From positions 22,939 through 86,938 of the forward strand of contig JAISCX010000002.1 in NCBI GenBank assembly GCA_031265235.1: a DNA stretch of 64,000 bases, in the 5' to 3' direction. This document shows positions 55,161 through 64,000 of this stretch, piece by piece (positions within the stretch are counted from its first letter, which is position 1; each line of letters starts with the position of its first letter). Below the pieces are notes generated by a model. That model searched no databases and had not been told where the DNA came from. It saw only the letters and a program-made list of their open reading frames with translations. The DNA is from Rickettsiales bacterium. GTDB lineage: Bacteria > Pseudomonadota > Alphaproteobacteria > Rs-D84. Position numbers and translations under genes: made by a program.

Positions 55161-56678
55161 CTAGAACGCATACTTTACCCCGATATGCAAGCCGAAAGAT
55201 TGCCATTTCGCATATTTCAGGGAATCATTAAGCTTTTCCGTGTGCGGATCTATGGTTTCAAGCTTTGGATAACAATTCGCCACCGCATAAGGATCGCACT
55301 CAATTCCCGATGGATCAATGAACTTATACTGGCCTTCGCTATCCTTTGCGTATGTTGTATACCCGGATATATACAGTTCTCCGCCTATCTTTCCGACATA
55401 GAAATAATTAGTATCGGCCTTGATTGACAACTGCATGCGTTCTGAAATCTGGTATGTGTATTCCATTTCCGCTTGATACGAATATGCACCGTTGCTTCCT
55501 TTGTCTATAAAGCTGGGATTTTGCTGCCAGTCCGTGCGGTTAGGCCATATTCCTTCGGACGAGTATTCAGGCATCCCAAACTGGATATAGAACCGCAGCT
55601 TGTCTGCAAATGTCATCTGCTTTTCGATTTCCAAGCCGAGATATACCCCCCCCCACGTGGTATTGTAAATATGCGTGACACCGGAAACGATTATTGGGCC
55701 GTCTCCGCCGATAATCACGCAGTCGCCGGCTCCCACGCCCCATGGAACAAAAGTTCCATTGGCGATGGAATTCTGCCAGTTTATGGTGTTTATGAATCCG
55801 CCGTCTATATTTACCGAACCATCCGGGTTTGTTTGGGCAACCATGATGTCTTCGGGCGACAGACATACTTGATAAAATCCGTCCGGTGCCGGTTCGTTCT
55901 GTTGCACGGTTTTATAATTGCCCGTATTATCGCCGAATACATAATCCCCGCGATCAGTAAGCAATGGCAGATATATTCCCGGGTTTGGATAAATATGGTT
56001 GGACATTTCTAAATTATGGTGAAAGATTTCGTATCCGATTGATGGGGAAAACTTCCACCCGGCGATATCCCAGATATTTTTCGCGCCGAACCCCAGCCGC
56101 AAATAATCTGTCTTTCCGGACTGTTCGCCCATAGATACCGTGAATATCCCGGCTTTCGGCTGGGATTGGTCGTATGGCTCCAAGTCATAGTCGTATGAAA
56201 GCGGCCCGCCGCCATCAACCATGCCATAGCGGTATTCGCCCATCACGAACAGATTATAATCACGAATGTTAAAATTATGATCCAAACGCGCGCCGATTTC
56301 ATTAATGAGCATGTCGTCCCATTTCAGGATGCTATTCACGCTGGTCTTGAATTCAAAGCTTGCAAATCTTCGTGCATAATCCGCGGACAGCAGCCAATCC
56401 GGCTGCACGGGAATTCCGATGCCGCCGGGCGTCATCGCATACGACGCGACGCCAAAGGGAGAATTTCCGGCGCTGCCGGGAATATATTGATTTTGCGCTG
56501 CCGCCCTTGGCACTTGATAGCTATAAGATCGTGTTCCGACAATTGTGCTGCCGCTGGACGTTTGGACAGCTTGGGCCGGCCGGTGCCCGCTTTGATAGTA
56601 TTCGGGCGTCCCTTCCTGCGCGGCAAAGGCGGCAAAGGGCAAAAGAACACCTGCAAAAATAGACAAAAGTGCTTTCAT
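55161..56678 (-). CDS. outer-membrane beta-barrel protein (unknown family)
   Basis: Signal peptide, alternating amphipathic strands, C-terminal ...GVKYAF. Confidence 0.45.
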   Translation of the reverse strand: MKALLSIFAGVLLPFAAFAAQEGTPEYYQSGHRPAQAVQTSSGSTIVGTRSYSYQVPRAAAQNQYIPGSAGNSPFGVASYAMTPGGIGIPVQPDWLLSADYARRFASFEFKTSVNSILKWDDMLINEIGARLDHNFNIRDYNLFVMGEYRYGMVDGGGPLSYDYDLEPYDQSQPKAGIFTVSMGEQSGKTDYLRLGFGAKNIWDIAGWKFSPSIGYEIFHHNLEMSNHIYPNPGIYLPLLTDRGDYVFGDNTGNYKTVQQNEPAPDGFYQVCLSPEDIMVAQTNPDGSVNIDGGFINTINWQNSIANGTFVPWGVGAGDCVIIGGDGPIIVSGVTHIYNTTWGGVYLGLEIEKQMTFADKLRFYIQFGMPEYSSEGIWPNRTDWQQNPSFIDKGSNGAYSYQAEMEYTYQISERMQLSIKADTNYFYVGKIGGELYISGYTTYAKDSEGQYKFIDPSGIECDPYAVANCYPKLETIDPHTEKLNDSLKYAKWQSFGLHIGVKYAF

Positions 56679-56815
56679 TTCTCTCAGTTTTATGGATTAT
56701 ATCATAAAAAAGGAATAGGAAAAAGAGAAAAGGGAAGCGGCGTGGAATTAAAAATCACTTGCAAATCATGCGAATTTGGTTAAAATGACATGTCAAAATA
56801 CATAAAGGATATATT

Positions 56816-56989
56816 ATGGCAGTTCCAAAGAAAAAGACCAGCAAAGCCCGCAGCAAGCAGCGCCGCGCGCATGATGCGTTGCCCGTAATGGCGTCCGGCA
56901 CATGCAAGAAATGCGGCGAAAAAAAGCGTCCGCACCATATCTGTCCGGCATGCGGAAACTATGACGGCAAGGCGATAGTAGTTAAATAG
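56816..56989 (+). CDS. rpmF: 50S ribosomal protein L32
   Basis: MAVPKKKTSKARSKQRRAHDAL..., 57 aa, not in the ORF track (below 60 aa); AAGGAT RBS. Confidence 0.85.
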   Translation: MAVPKKKTSKARSKQRRAHDALPVMASGTCKKCGEKKRPHHICPACGNYDGKAIVVK

Positions 56990-57098
56990 TGAAAGAAGTG
57001 AAATAGTTAAAATATGCTTTGTATATTTTAACAGTGAAAAAAGTGAATTTGTTCACTCTTTTCACTTTTTTCACTCTTTTCACTCTTTTCACTTACAA
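56985..57098. repeat. palindromic heptamer-repeat element, family C (second copy)
   Basis: agtgaaagaagtgaaatag...cagtgaaaaaagtgaa | ttcactcttttcacttttttcactcttttcactcttttcac, between rpmF and plsX. Confidence 0.65.
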
Positions 57099-58160
57099 AT
57101 GTCAAATTCCAAAAAAATCATTGCTATTGATGCTATGGGCGGCGATCGGGCGCCAAAGGCCGTTTTTGGCGGTCTGAACCAGTTTTTGTTTCAAAATGGC
57201 GAAGATAATATATTTTTCCGCATTTTCGGGGATGAATACCGCATATCTCAAATGCTGAAAAAATATCCGCGTGTCGCCAGAAACTCTGAAATAATTCATG
57301 CCCCGGATAAAATAAAATCCACGGACAAGGTGCGTGATGTTATACGTTCCGCGCAGAATACATCCATGTACATGGCGATAAAAGACGTCCGCGAAGGGAA
57401 TGCCTGTGCCGTTGTATCTGCTGGAAATACGGGTGTTCTTATGGCGCTGTCAAAATTGGCGTTAAAGACTGTGGACGGCATTTCAAGACCCGCGATTACG
57501 ACGATGCTGCCCAGCGGCGGCGGCGACAGCCGGGTCGTTTTGCTGGACCTGGGTGCGAATGTTATGTGCGATGAAGAAAACCTGTTTGATTTCGCGCTAA
57601 TGGGGGCTGTTTATGCGGATAATATCGGAAAAATGCCGCGCCCGAAACTTGGCATATTGAATATCGGCGAAGAAGAGCAAAAGGGCCAGGAATACCTGCA
57701 AAAGTTGAATAAATTGCTAACCGCGCATAAAGATGAACTGCCTTTCGAATATGTCGGATTTGTAGAAGGCACGGATATCGGCGGGGGCGAGGTTCAGGTT
57801 GTGGTAACGGACGGTTTTACCGGGAATATAGTGTTAAAAACAGTGGAAGGCACGGCGAAATTGGTAAAACGGGTGTTGGTTGACACTTTCAAGAAATCGG
57901 TTTTGGCGATTGCTTTGGCGTTTCTCTTGACCCATGTTTTCAAACGTCTCAAGGCAAAGATCGACCCGCGTTCATATGCGGGGGCTGTTTTTATCGGATT
58001 AAACGGATTTGTTGTGAAAACGCACGGTTCCAGCGATGCGCTGGCATTTTCCAATTCTATAAAATATGCGGCGGATCTGGCGGTTGCGGACTTTAATCAA
58101 AAAATCAAAACAGGTATCAAAGCTCTTGCGGCTGTCAAAGGAAAATTAAAGGAAGAGTGA
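57099..58160 (+). CDS. plsX: phosphate acyltransferase PlsX
   Basis: IAIDAMGGD N-terminus and full-length PlsX core. Confidence 0.9.
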   Translation: MSNSKKIIAIDAMGGDRAPKAVFGGLNQFLFQNGEDNIFFRIFGDEYRISQMLKKYPRVARNSEIIHAPDKIKSTDKVRDVIRSAQNTSMYMAIKDVREGNACAVVSAGNTGVLMALSKLALKTVDGISRPAITTMLPSGGGDSRVVLLDLGANVMCDEENLFDFALMGAVYADNIGKMPRPKLGILNIGEEEQKGQEYLQKLNKLLTAHKDELPFEYVGFVEGTDIGGGEVQVVVTDGFTGNIVLKTVEGTAKLVKRVLVDTFKKSVLAIALAFLLTHVFKRLKAKIDPRSYAGAVFIGLNGFVVKTHGSSDALAFSNSIKYAADLAVADFNQKIKTGIKALAAVKGKLKEE

Positions 58161-58259
58161 TATTTCCGATTATATTTTCTATTTTACATTTGCCGTATTC
58201 CCTGCTATCATTTTCCATTATTAATAAATGTAATAACATCTAAAATCCAGGAGATTAAA

Positions 58260-59192
58260 ATGGCCATAAAGGTCCGCGACTATGAAGTCCGATTAACCAG
58301 AACAAGCGAAGAACGAAGGCAGGTCCGCCAGCTGAGATACAGGGTATATGTTGAAGAAGAAGGCATCAAGGCAACCGAAGAACAAAAAAATCTGCGCGAA
58401 GAATATGACAAATTCGACACTTATGCGGAATACATGGCAGTATTTCATGATGGCAGAGTGGTCGGTACATACAGATTGATTGACAGGGATGCCGCGGAAA
58501 AAATCGGCGGATTTTATTCGGAAGAAGAGTTTAATATAAAGAAATTAAAAAATATCCGCGGAAATATCATAGAAATGTCGCGCGCCTGCGTGGCCCCGGA
58601 ATACCGGGACAAGCCATTAGTGATGAGCTTGCTGTGGCTGGGCCTTGGCGACTATGTATTCAAGAAAAAGATTGTTCTGCTGTTCGGCATGTGCAGCTGG
58701 GTTGGAACAAATCCCGCGGTCAGCGCCCAGGCGATATCGTATCTTTATTATAATCACCTGGCGCCGATATCATTGCGCACAACCGTATTGAAAGACAGCA
58801 TGGAAGAAAAGGGCATCGACCCAAAGCTGTCGCGCATGAACATACTGCCGAAAGCGTTTGTGAACAAACAGATGGCGCGTGCGGAAATGACCCCGCTGAT
58901 GAAGGGTTATCTTAATCTGGGGGCGACGTTCGGCAACGGCATATCTGTCGATATCCGGGAAAATTCTTATACCCCGCTTGTGATAGTTCAGACAAAAAAC
59001 ATAAAAAAGGCGTATCAAAAGCATTTCACGGGCAGCGAAAATGCGTTTGATGAACTGGGCATAAAACCCGGCGCATGGAAAACATTCGGCAAGATTTTGA
59101 TTTCGCCTGTGGCGGGGCTTGCGGCGATTGCGAAATTCTTTTTGAAACCCGAAGACGCCGAAGCGGTGGAACGCGTCCCGGATGAAGAATAA
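58260..59192 (+). CDS. olsB: ornithine lipid N-acyltransferase (OlsB-like, GNAT/hemolysin-like)
   Basis: ~310 aa; RQLRYRVYVEE...YRL motif region; directly followed by a PlsC-family acyltransferase. Confidence 0.55.
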   Translation: MAIKVRDYEVRLTRTSEERRQVRQLRYRVYVEEEGIKATEEQKNLREEYDKFDTYAEYMAVFHDGRVVGTYRLIDRDAAEKIGGFYSEEEFNIKKLKNIRGNIIEMSRACVAPEYRDKPLVMSLLWLGLGDYVFKKKIVLLFGMCSWVGTNPAVSAQAISYLYYNHLAPISLRTTVLKDSMEEKGIDPKLSRMNILPKAFVNKQMARAEMTPLMKGYLNLGATFGNGISVDIRENSYTPLVIVQTKNIKKAYQKHFTGSENAFDELGIKPGAWKTFGKILISPVAGLAAIAKFFLKPEDAEAVERVPDEE

Positions 59193-59207
59193 AAAGTAAA
59201 ATACAAA

Positions 59208-60056
59208 ATGAAAAACATGCTTAGAACGATTTCTGCCGCTGTCAAATTCGTCACGTTCTGGCTGCTGGCTTTGCTGCAAGTTCCGCTGGCGTTGATTCTT
59301 TGGCCGCTGGGCCGGCGCGCATCCGTGTGGCAGTTCAAGTTCTTTGGTGGCCTTACCTTAAAACTGGCCGGCATACGGGTTCGGGTATATGGCGAAATTT
59401 CAAAACAGCGTCCTTTGCTGATTGTTGGAAATCACATATCGGTATTTGAATTCATGACGTTTCCCGCGACATTCGGGGGCAGCTTTTTCGGTAAAGACGA
59501 TATCGCAAAAATGCCGGTGGTCGGATGGTTTGCCAAGCGCTGGGGCGTTGTTTTCGTATCTCGCCGTTCGACAGATGCGGCAAAGATGGTGGATTTGATC
59601 AGCAGCCAGATGCAAAGCGCTTCATGGCCGATGGTGATATATCCCGAAGGAACGACAACGAACGGCAGTGTAATACTGCCGTTTAAATCCAGCATGTTCA
59701 GTTTTTTGGAAAACGGCGTGAAAGCCACGATCCAGCCGGTGGTTATGCTGTATCGCGATAAGCATGGAAACCCCATAGACGACCAGACGATGGCCGATGA
59801 TTACGCCTATTTCGATAACAGAAAAATGCCGGACGGCGCGTGCCTGTGCCGAAAGGACCGCAGCGCGTTCGGCCAGGTGTTCCACGTCTTTGCGCTTGGC
59901 GGGTTTACGGTTGAGTTTCATTTGCTGCCGCCGCCGCCATTGGCGGACATGGATAGAAAACAAATTGCGGAAACACTGCACAAAATAATCAGCGATGAAT
60001 TTGTAAAATTAAAAGGCAATAAATATGATCAAAACAGCAATTACGCCAACCCGTAG
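59208..60056 (+). CDS. olsA: lyso-ornithine lipid O-acyltransferase (PlsC family, OlsA-like)
   Basis: N-terminal TM, VGNHISVFE (H-x4-E/D) and PEGTT acyltransferase motifs. Confidence 0.55.
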   Translation: MKNMLRTISAAVKFVTFWLLALLQVPLALILWPLGRRASVWQFKFFGGLTLKLAGIRVRVYGEISKQRPLLIVGNHISVFEFMTFPATFGGSFFGKDDIAKMPVVGWFAKRWGVVFVSRRSTDAAKMVDLISSQMQSASWPMVIYPEGTTTNGSVILPFKSSMFSFLENGVKATIQPVVMLYRDKHGNPIDDQTMADDYAYFDNRKMPDGACLCRKDRSAFGQVFHVFALGGFTVEFHLLPPPPLADMDRKQIAETLHKIISDEFVKLKGNKYDQNSNYANP

Positions 60057-61449
60057 CGAAAACTTTTCAGAATGGTATCAGAACCTTATAACCGCCGCAG
60101 ACCTGGCGGAAAATTCCCCATCCGCAGGATGCATGACTGTGAAACCATATGGCTGGGCAATTTGGGAACTTATGCGTGATGAACTTGACCGGCGGATAAA
60201 GGCCAATGGCGTTCAGAATGCGCAATTCCCGACGCTTATCCCGATAGAGTATTTTAACAAGGAAGCCGAACATGTCGAAGGCTTTGCAAAAGAATGCGCG
60301 GTCGTGACACATCACAGGCTGAAAATGATTGACGGGAAATTACAGCCTGACCCAGATTCAATATTAACAGAACCGTATATTCTCCGTCCGACTTCGGAAA
60401 CCATTATTGGCGAGGCTATGGCGCGCTGGGTTCAATCTTACCGCGATTTGCCGTTAAAGCTGAACCAATGGACCAGTGTTTTCCGCTGGGAAATGCGTCC
60501 GCGCCTGTTCTTGCGCACACGTGAATTTTTCTGGCAAGAAGGTCACAACGTCTTCGCAACTGCGAGTGAGGCAACGGCGGACGCAATAAAAATGCATAAT
60601 GTTTATACCGAATATATGCGCGATGTTTTGGCCATTGATTCTATTACTGGTGAAAAGACGCCCGAAGAAAGATTTGCCGGCGCGGATCACACATATGCCC
60701 GCGAACAAATAATGCAGGACGGCAAGGCTTTGCAGGTCGGAACATCGCATGACCTGGGCCAGCATTTTTCCAAGTCGTTCGGAATAAAATTCCTTGGCCC
60801 GGATGGAAAGTTACAGCATGCCTATACTACATCTTGGGGCACGACCAGCAGAATGATCGGCAGCATAATAATGACGCATGGCGACGATGACGGTCTGATT
60901 TTGCCGCCGATGGTTGCGCCGTATCAAATCGTGATAATTCCGATCATGACGGAACAAAATGAATATGCGCACGTCGTTGCGGAACAGTTGCGCGCCGCGG
61001 GCATCCGCGTGTTGGTGGATGACACAGACGCGCGCAGCCCGGACAAGATGTGGAAATGGATAAAGCGCGGCGTGCCGCTGCGCGTTGAAATCGGCGCCCG
61101 CGAAGCAGAAAGTCAAGCGGCGACCATAACGCGCCGCGATATAGGTCGCGATAGCAAAAAAACTTTATCGGTGTCGGAACTTGTGGCGATAGCAAGGGAT
61201 TTATTGCAACAAATCCAATCGGACATGCTGGCGGTGTCCGTCGCGCGCAACAAAACAATGATTCATAACGTTGCGAATGTTTCCGAACTGGCGGACGCTT
61301 TGCGTGCGAACAAAATCGGATTCTTCCGTCTGAAATATGAACAGACCAAAACGCCGGAATTCGATGCGCTGATGGATGAATACAAAATCAGCCGCCGGTG
61401 TCTTGACGATACCGATCCGACATTTGTCTTTGTTGCAAAATCGTATTAA
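60025..61449 (+). CDS. proS: proline--tRNA ligase (archaeal/eukaryotic-type)
   Basis: 474 aa, class II motifs, lacks the bacterial insertion/editing domain; overlaps olsA by 32 nt. Confidence 0.9.
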   Translation: MIKTAITPTRSENFSEWYQNLITAADLAENSPSAGCMTVKPYGWAIWELMRDELDRRIKANGVQNAQFPTLIPIEYFNKEAEHVEGFAKECAVVTHHRLKMIDGKLQPDPDSILTEPYILRPTSETIIGEAMARWVQSYRDLPLKLNQWTSVFRWEMRPRLFLRTREFFWQEGHNVFATASEATADAIKMHNVYTEYMRDVLAIDSITGEKTPEERFAGADHTYAREQIMQDGKALQVGTSHDLGQHFSKSFGIKFLGPDGKLQHAYTTSWGTTSRMIGSIIMTHGDDDGLILPPMVAPYQIVIIPIMTEQNEYAHVVAEQLRAAGIRVLVDDTDARSPDKMWKWIKRGVPLRVEIGAREAESQAATITRRDIGRDSKKTLSVSELVAIARDLLQQIQSDMLAVSVARNKTMIHNVANVSELADALRANKIGFFRLKYEQTKTPEFDALMDEYKISRRCLDDTDPTFVFVAKSY

Positions 61450-61450
61450 A

Positions 61451-61478
61451 ACGGCGCGCAACGCGCCGTTTATTTTTT
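61451..61478 (+). terminator. intrinsic terminator after proS
   Basis: acggcgcgc-aa-cgcgccgt plus T-run. Confidence 0.65.
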
Positions 61479-61507
61479 CTTCAGATCGCACCCGGACCTG
61501 TCCGCGG

Positions 61508-62434
61508 CTAGTTATGCAGTCTGATGATCACAATTCCCTGATACCCATTGCCGCCCTGGCCATATGTATGGCTGCTGGAAAATGCAGCCCCGCCGCCGCC
61601 CGCGCCATAAAATGTTCCGTTGCTGCCACGGTTACTGGAAGTGTCGTTGTTGCCTCGGCCCCCATTCCCGCCGCCAGTGGCGCCGCCGTTGCCGCCTTTT
61701 TTACCTGTGGTGTAAGTGAAACTGGTGCAGCTGGGATAAGCGTTGTCCCCGCCACCGCCGCCCGCGCCATAAAACTTTCCATCCAGGTTTGAATCGCCGG
61801 TTGCAAACTGCAGTTCTGTGCCATTCGCGCCATTCCGCAGATTCCATCCACCGTCGCCCTCTGTTGCGATGTTCGGGGTTCCACCATTCGCGACAACAGA
61901 GCCGAAAGATGTATTTCCGCCCGGATTACCTTTGCTTTGCGTACTTTGATATTGCGCACCGCCGGTCCCGCCGGCGCCAATGACCACCGATATTTCTTGC
62001 CCGGTCGATACGGTTATGGTTTGATAAATCGTCTGTCCGCCGTTTCCTCCTTTGCCGGAATGGCCGCAAGGATACATGTCTCCGCCGCCGCCCGCGCCGC
62101 CGCCAACTGCGAATACGTCAATTTTTGTAAATCCCGCCGGAACGGTAAACGTTGTTTTTTTAGTAAACGTATATACGGCTTGCGGTAGTGGAACGGAATA
62201 AGTGACGCCGTTATACATGACGCGGATAGTGCTGTCCGGAACGGCGTCCGCAGTCAGCGGCGCATACCATATCGTGTCATTGACTTTCACGCATAATGCC
62301 GGTGTTGTTTCTTTTGTCGCGCTTAATTCCACCGATACGCTCGCGTTTGTTTTCAAGGCCAGCCCCGACGCGCCGCAGACGATGAAAATCATCGGCATGA
62401 AGAGAAAGAAAAAACGTTGCGAAATTTTTATCAT
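61508..62434 (-). CDS. secreted glycine-rich repeat protein
   Basis: Signal peptide MIKISQRFFFLFMPMIFIVCGASGLA; multiple GGxGG / GNGG repeats; C-terminal GIVIIRL. Confidence 0.45.
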   Translation of the reverse strand: MIKISQRFFFLFMPMIFIVCGASGLALKTNASVSVELSATKETTPALCVKVNDTIWYAPLTADAVPDSTIRVMYNGVTYSVPLPQAVYTFTKKTTFTVPAGFTKIDVFAVGGGAGGGGDMYPCGHSGKGGNGGQTIYQTITVSTGQEISVVIGAGGTGGAQYQSTQSKGNPGGNTSFGSVVANGGTPNIATEGDGGWNLRNGANGTELQFATGDSNLDGKFYGAGGGGGDNAYPSCTSFTYTTGKKGGNGGATGGGNGGRGNNDTSSNRGSNGTFYGAGGGGAAFSSSHTYGQGGNGYQGIVIIRLHN

Positions 62435-62737
62435 CTGTAACCTCTCGATAAAAAACCACCGGAATGGTGGTTGGAGGTTCAAGACTATAATTTTTGGAAA
62501 ATAGCGGGCTTATTCAATATATTCGCCGCCCTCCAACCCATGGTTGGAGGTATTTTATGTCCCCTCGGACACCAAAAATTAGAGGTCTTGACACCCCGCT
62601 CTGGAATTTGCCAGTCGCGATAATATTATAAACGAAAAAGGGGCCTTTGTGAATAAAAAATTAACAATCATATAGTGTGAAAAAATCGGGACCGGCCTCT
62701 GTCCGTTCCCGTTTGTTCTTTGCTTTAACCGCATCGG

Positions 62738-62941
62738 TCACTTTTTCTTCTTTAAATTTTTCAGATCGCATCCGGCTTTGTCCGCGACGGACAGCGCGAT
62801 TGCGACCGCCTGGCGACGTGGCTTTCCGGCCTTTATTTCCGTTTTTATGTTTTGCGATATGGCATCACGGGAACATGTTTTATTCAGCGGCATGGCATCC
62901 TCCTTTGCTTTAAATTTTATCGCAAAATCTGCGCCGAACAA
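62738..62941 (-). CDS. small conserved hypothetical protein
   Basis: 67 aa; its 3' end is duplicated as a fragment at 61476-61510. Confidence 0.3.
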   Translation of the reverse strand: MFGADFAIKFKAKEDAMPLNKTCSRDAISQNIKTEIKAGKPRRQAVAIALSVADKAGCDLKNLKKKK

Positions 62942-63043
62942 ATAGGATTGAATGTCGCCATGCGATCGTAATATGCCGCGCAGAAAAATTTATGCCGCTT
63001 ATCCTGTTCGAAAATGGTATAATGCGAAAAAGAGGAAGCAAAA

Positions 63044-63961
63044 ATGAAAATCGGAATTGTCGGGCTTGGCAGTGTGGGCGGCGCAGTCGCAACCGCCGCA
63101 TATAACACCGGGTTGATACATGAAATGGTTTTAATAGACCGTAATCCGTTGCGCGCGCGCGCGGCCGCCGAAGACCTTGGGCATGCCGCGGCTTTCGGAT
63201 TTGATATAAATATTCACTCTGGCGGATACCGCGATTTAAAAGGCGCGGAAATTGTGATTATCGCGGCCGGCCAGAATCAAAAGATCGGAGAAAGCCGGAC
63301 GGATTTGCTGAAATCCAATGCCGCCGTAATCCGCGATATCGTGCCGCAGATCATGAAAAACGCTGATGCTGACAATATAAAATTGATTGTCGTTACAAAC
63401 CCGCTGGACGTCATGGTCATGCAAACGTTAGAGATTTCAGGATTGTCCGCAGGGCGTGTAATCGGCACGGGGACCATGCTTGATTCCGCGCGTTTGCGGG
63501 CATTGCTATCGAAACAGTTGTCTGTGTCGCCCGCGTCGATAAATGCGTATGTTCTGGGCGAACATGGTGATTCAAGCGTATTGAACTGGTCGGCCGCGAC
63601 CATTGGAAACCTGCCTTTGCAAGACTTTTGCAGACAGACTAAGATAGCGATGACCGCGGCGGTAAAGAAAACGACGGAACATCGCGTCCGAAATGCGGCG
63701 AATGAAATCATAAAGGGCAGGGGCGCGACATGGGACGGAATCGGCGCGGCCGCGGCGGACCTTGTCCGCGCGATCGCGAATGACGAGAAAAGAATATTGA
63801 CCGTCAGCAAAATGGAAAAGGATGTCGCGATGTCGTTGCCGCGAATTGTCGGCGCAGACGGCGTTACTGCGACATTGATGCCGCGGTTGGATGCGAACGA
63901 GTCCGCAGCGTTAAAAAACAGCGCCGCAATCATCCGAAAAAATTTCTCTGATTGCGCCTGA
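63044..63961 (+). CDS. ldh: L-lactate/malate dehydrogenase family enzyme (LDH-like, Gln at the substrate-specificity position)
   Basis: GIVGLGSVGG NAD motif, GEHGDS, GQNQKIGESR loop. Confidence 0.75.
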   Translation: MKIGIVGLGSVGGAVATAAYNTGLIHEMVLIDRNPLRARAAAEDLGHAAAFGFDINIHSGGYRDLKGAEIVIIAAGQNQKIGESRTDLLKSNAAVIRDIVPQIMKNADADNIKLIVVTNPLDVMVMQTLEISGLSAGRVIGTGTMLDSARLRALLSKQLSVSPASINAYVLGEHGDSSVLNWSAATIGNLPLQDFCRQTKIAMTAAVKKTTEHRVRNAANEIIKGRGATWDGIGAAAADLVRAIANDEKRILTVSKMEKDVAMSLPRIVGADGVTATLMPRLDANESAALKNSAAIIRKNFSDCA

Positions 63962-64000
63962 TTGTTTTTAAGTTGCATAGTTTTGAATATTCTCCTAACA

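Noticed and set aside
1-64000. CRISPR arrays, rRNA genes, tmRNA
   Set aside because: No regularly spaced direct repeats with unique spacers. The direct and inverted repeats seen are heptamer palindromes and att-like duplications. No rRNA-like or tmRNA (tRNA-like 3' end plus tag ORF) sequences were found.

Overview
This 64-kb window looks like a Gram-negative chromosome segment, probably alphaproteobacterial judging by the rpoB insertion, ornithine-lipid olsBA genes and a eukaryote-type ProRS. About 50% GC. Core genes line the flanks: rpoB-rpoC, frr, nrdDG, an inverted bamA next to uppS-cdsA-rseP, thyA-tmk, rpmF-plsX-olsBA-proS and ldh. The middle is a mosaic accessory region. It holds nine tRNAs plus two degenerate tRNA copies, and small AT-rich islets at tRNA 3' ends that are flanked by direct repeats. 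It also holds several families of palindromic elements built from tandem heptamers; one copy carries a four-helix-bundle gene between perfect 26-bp inverted repeats. The main novelty is a degraded T7-like (podovirus) structural/lysis module at 46.5-54 kb plus a portal at 34.5 kb. Its large terminase gene is cleanly split at the ATPase/nuclease junction by a ~9.2-kb insert on the opposite strand. The insert carries an AEP prim-pol fused to an SF2 helicase, a DnaB-type helicase, tRNA-Asn, an AT-rich cargo (deoxyribosyltransferase-like and class-A beta-lactamase-like genes), an HExxH protein and a CI-like repressor, with no recognisable integrase. Coordinates of features I mapped by hand may be off by 1-2 bp.
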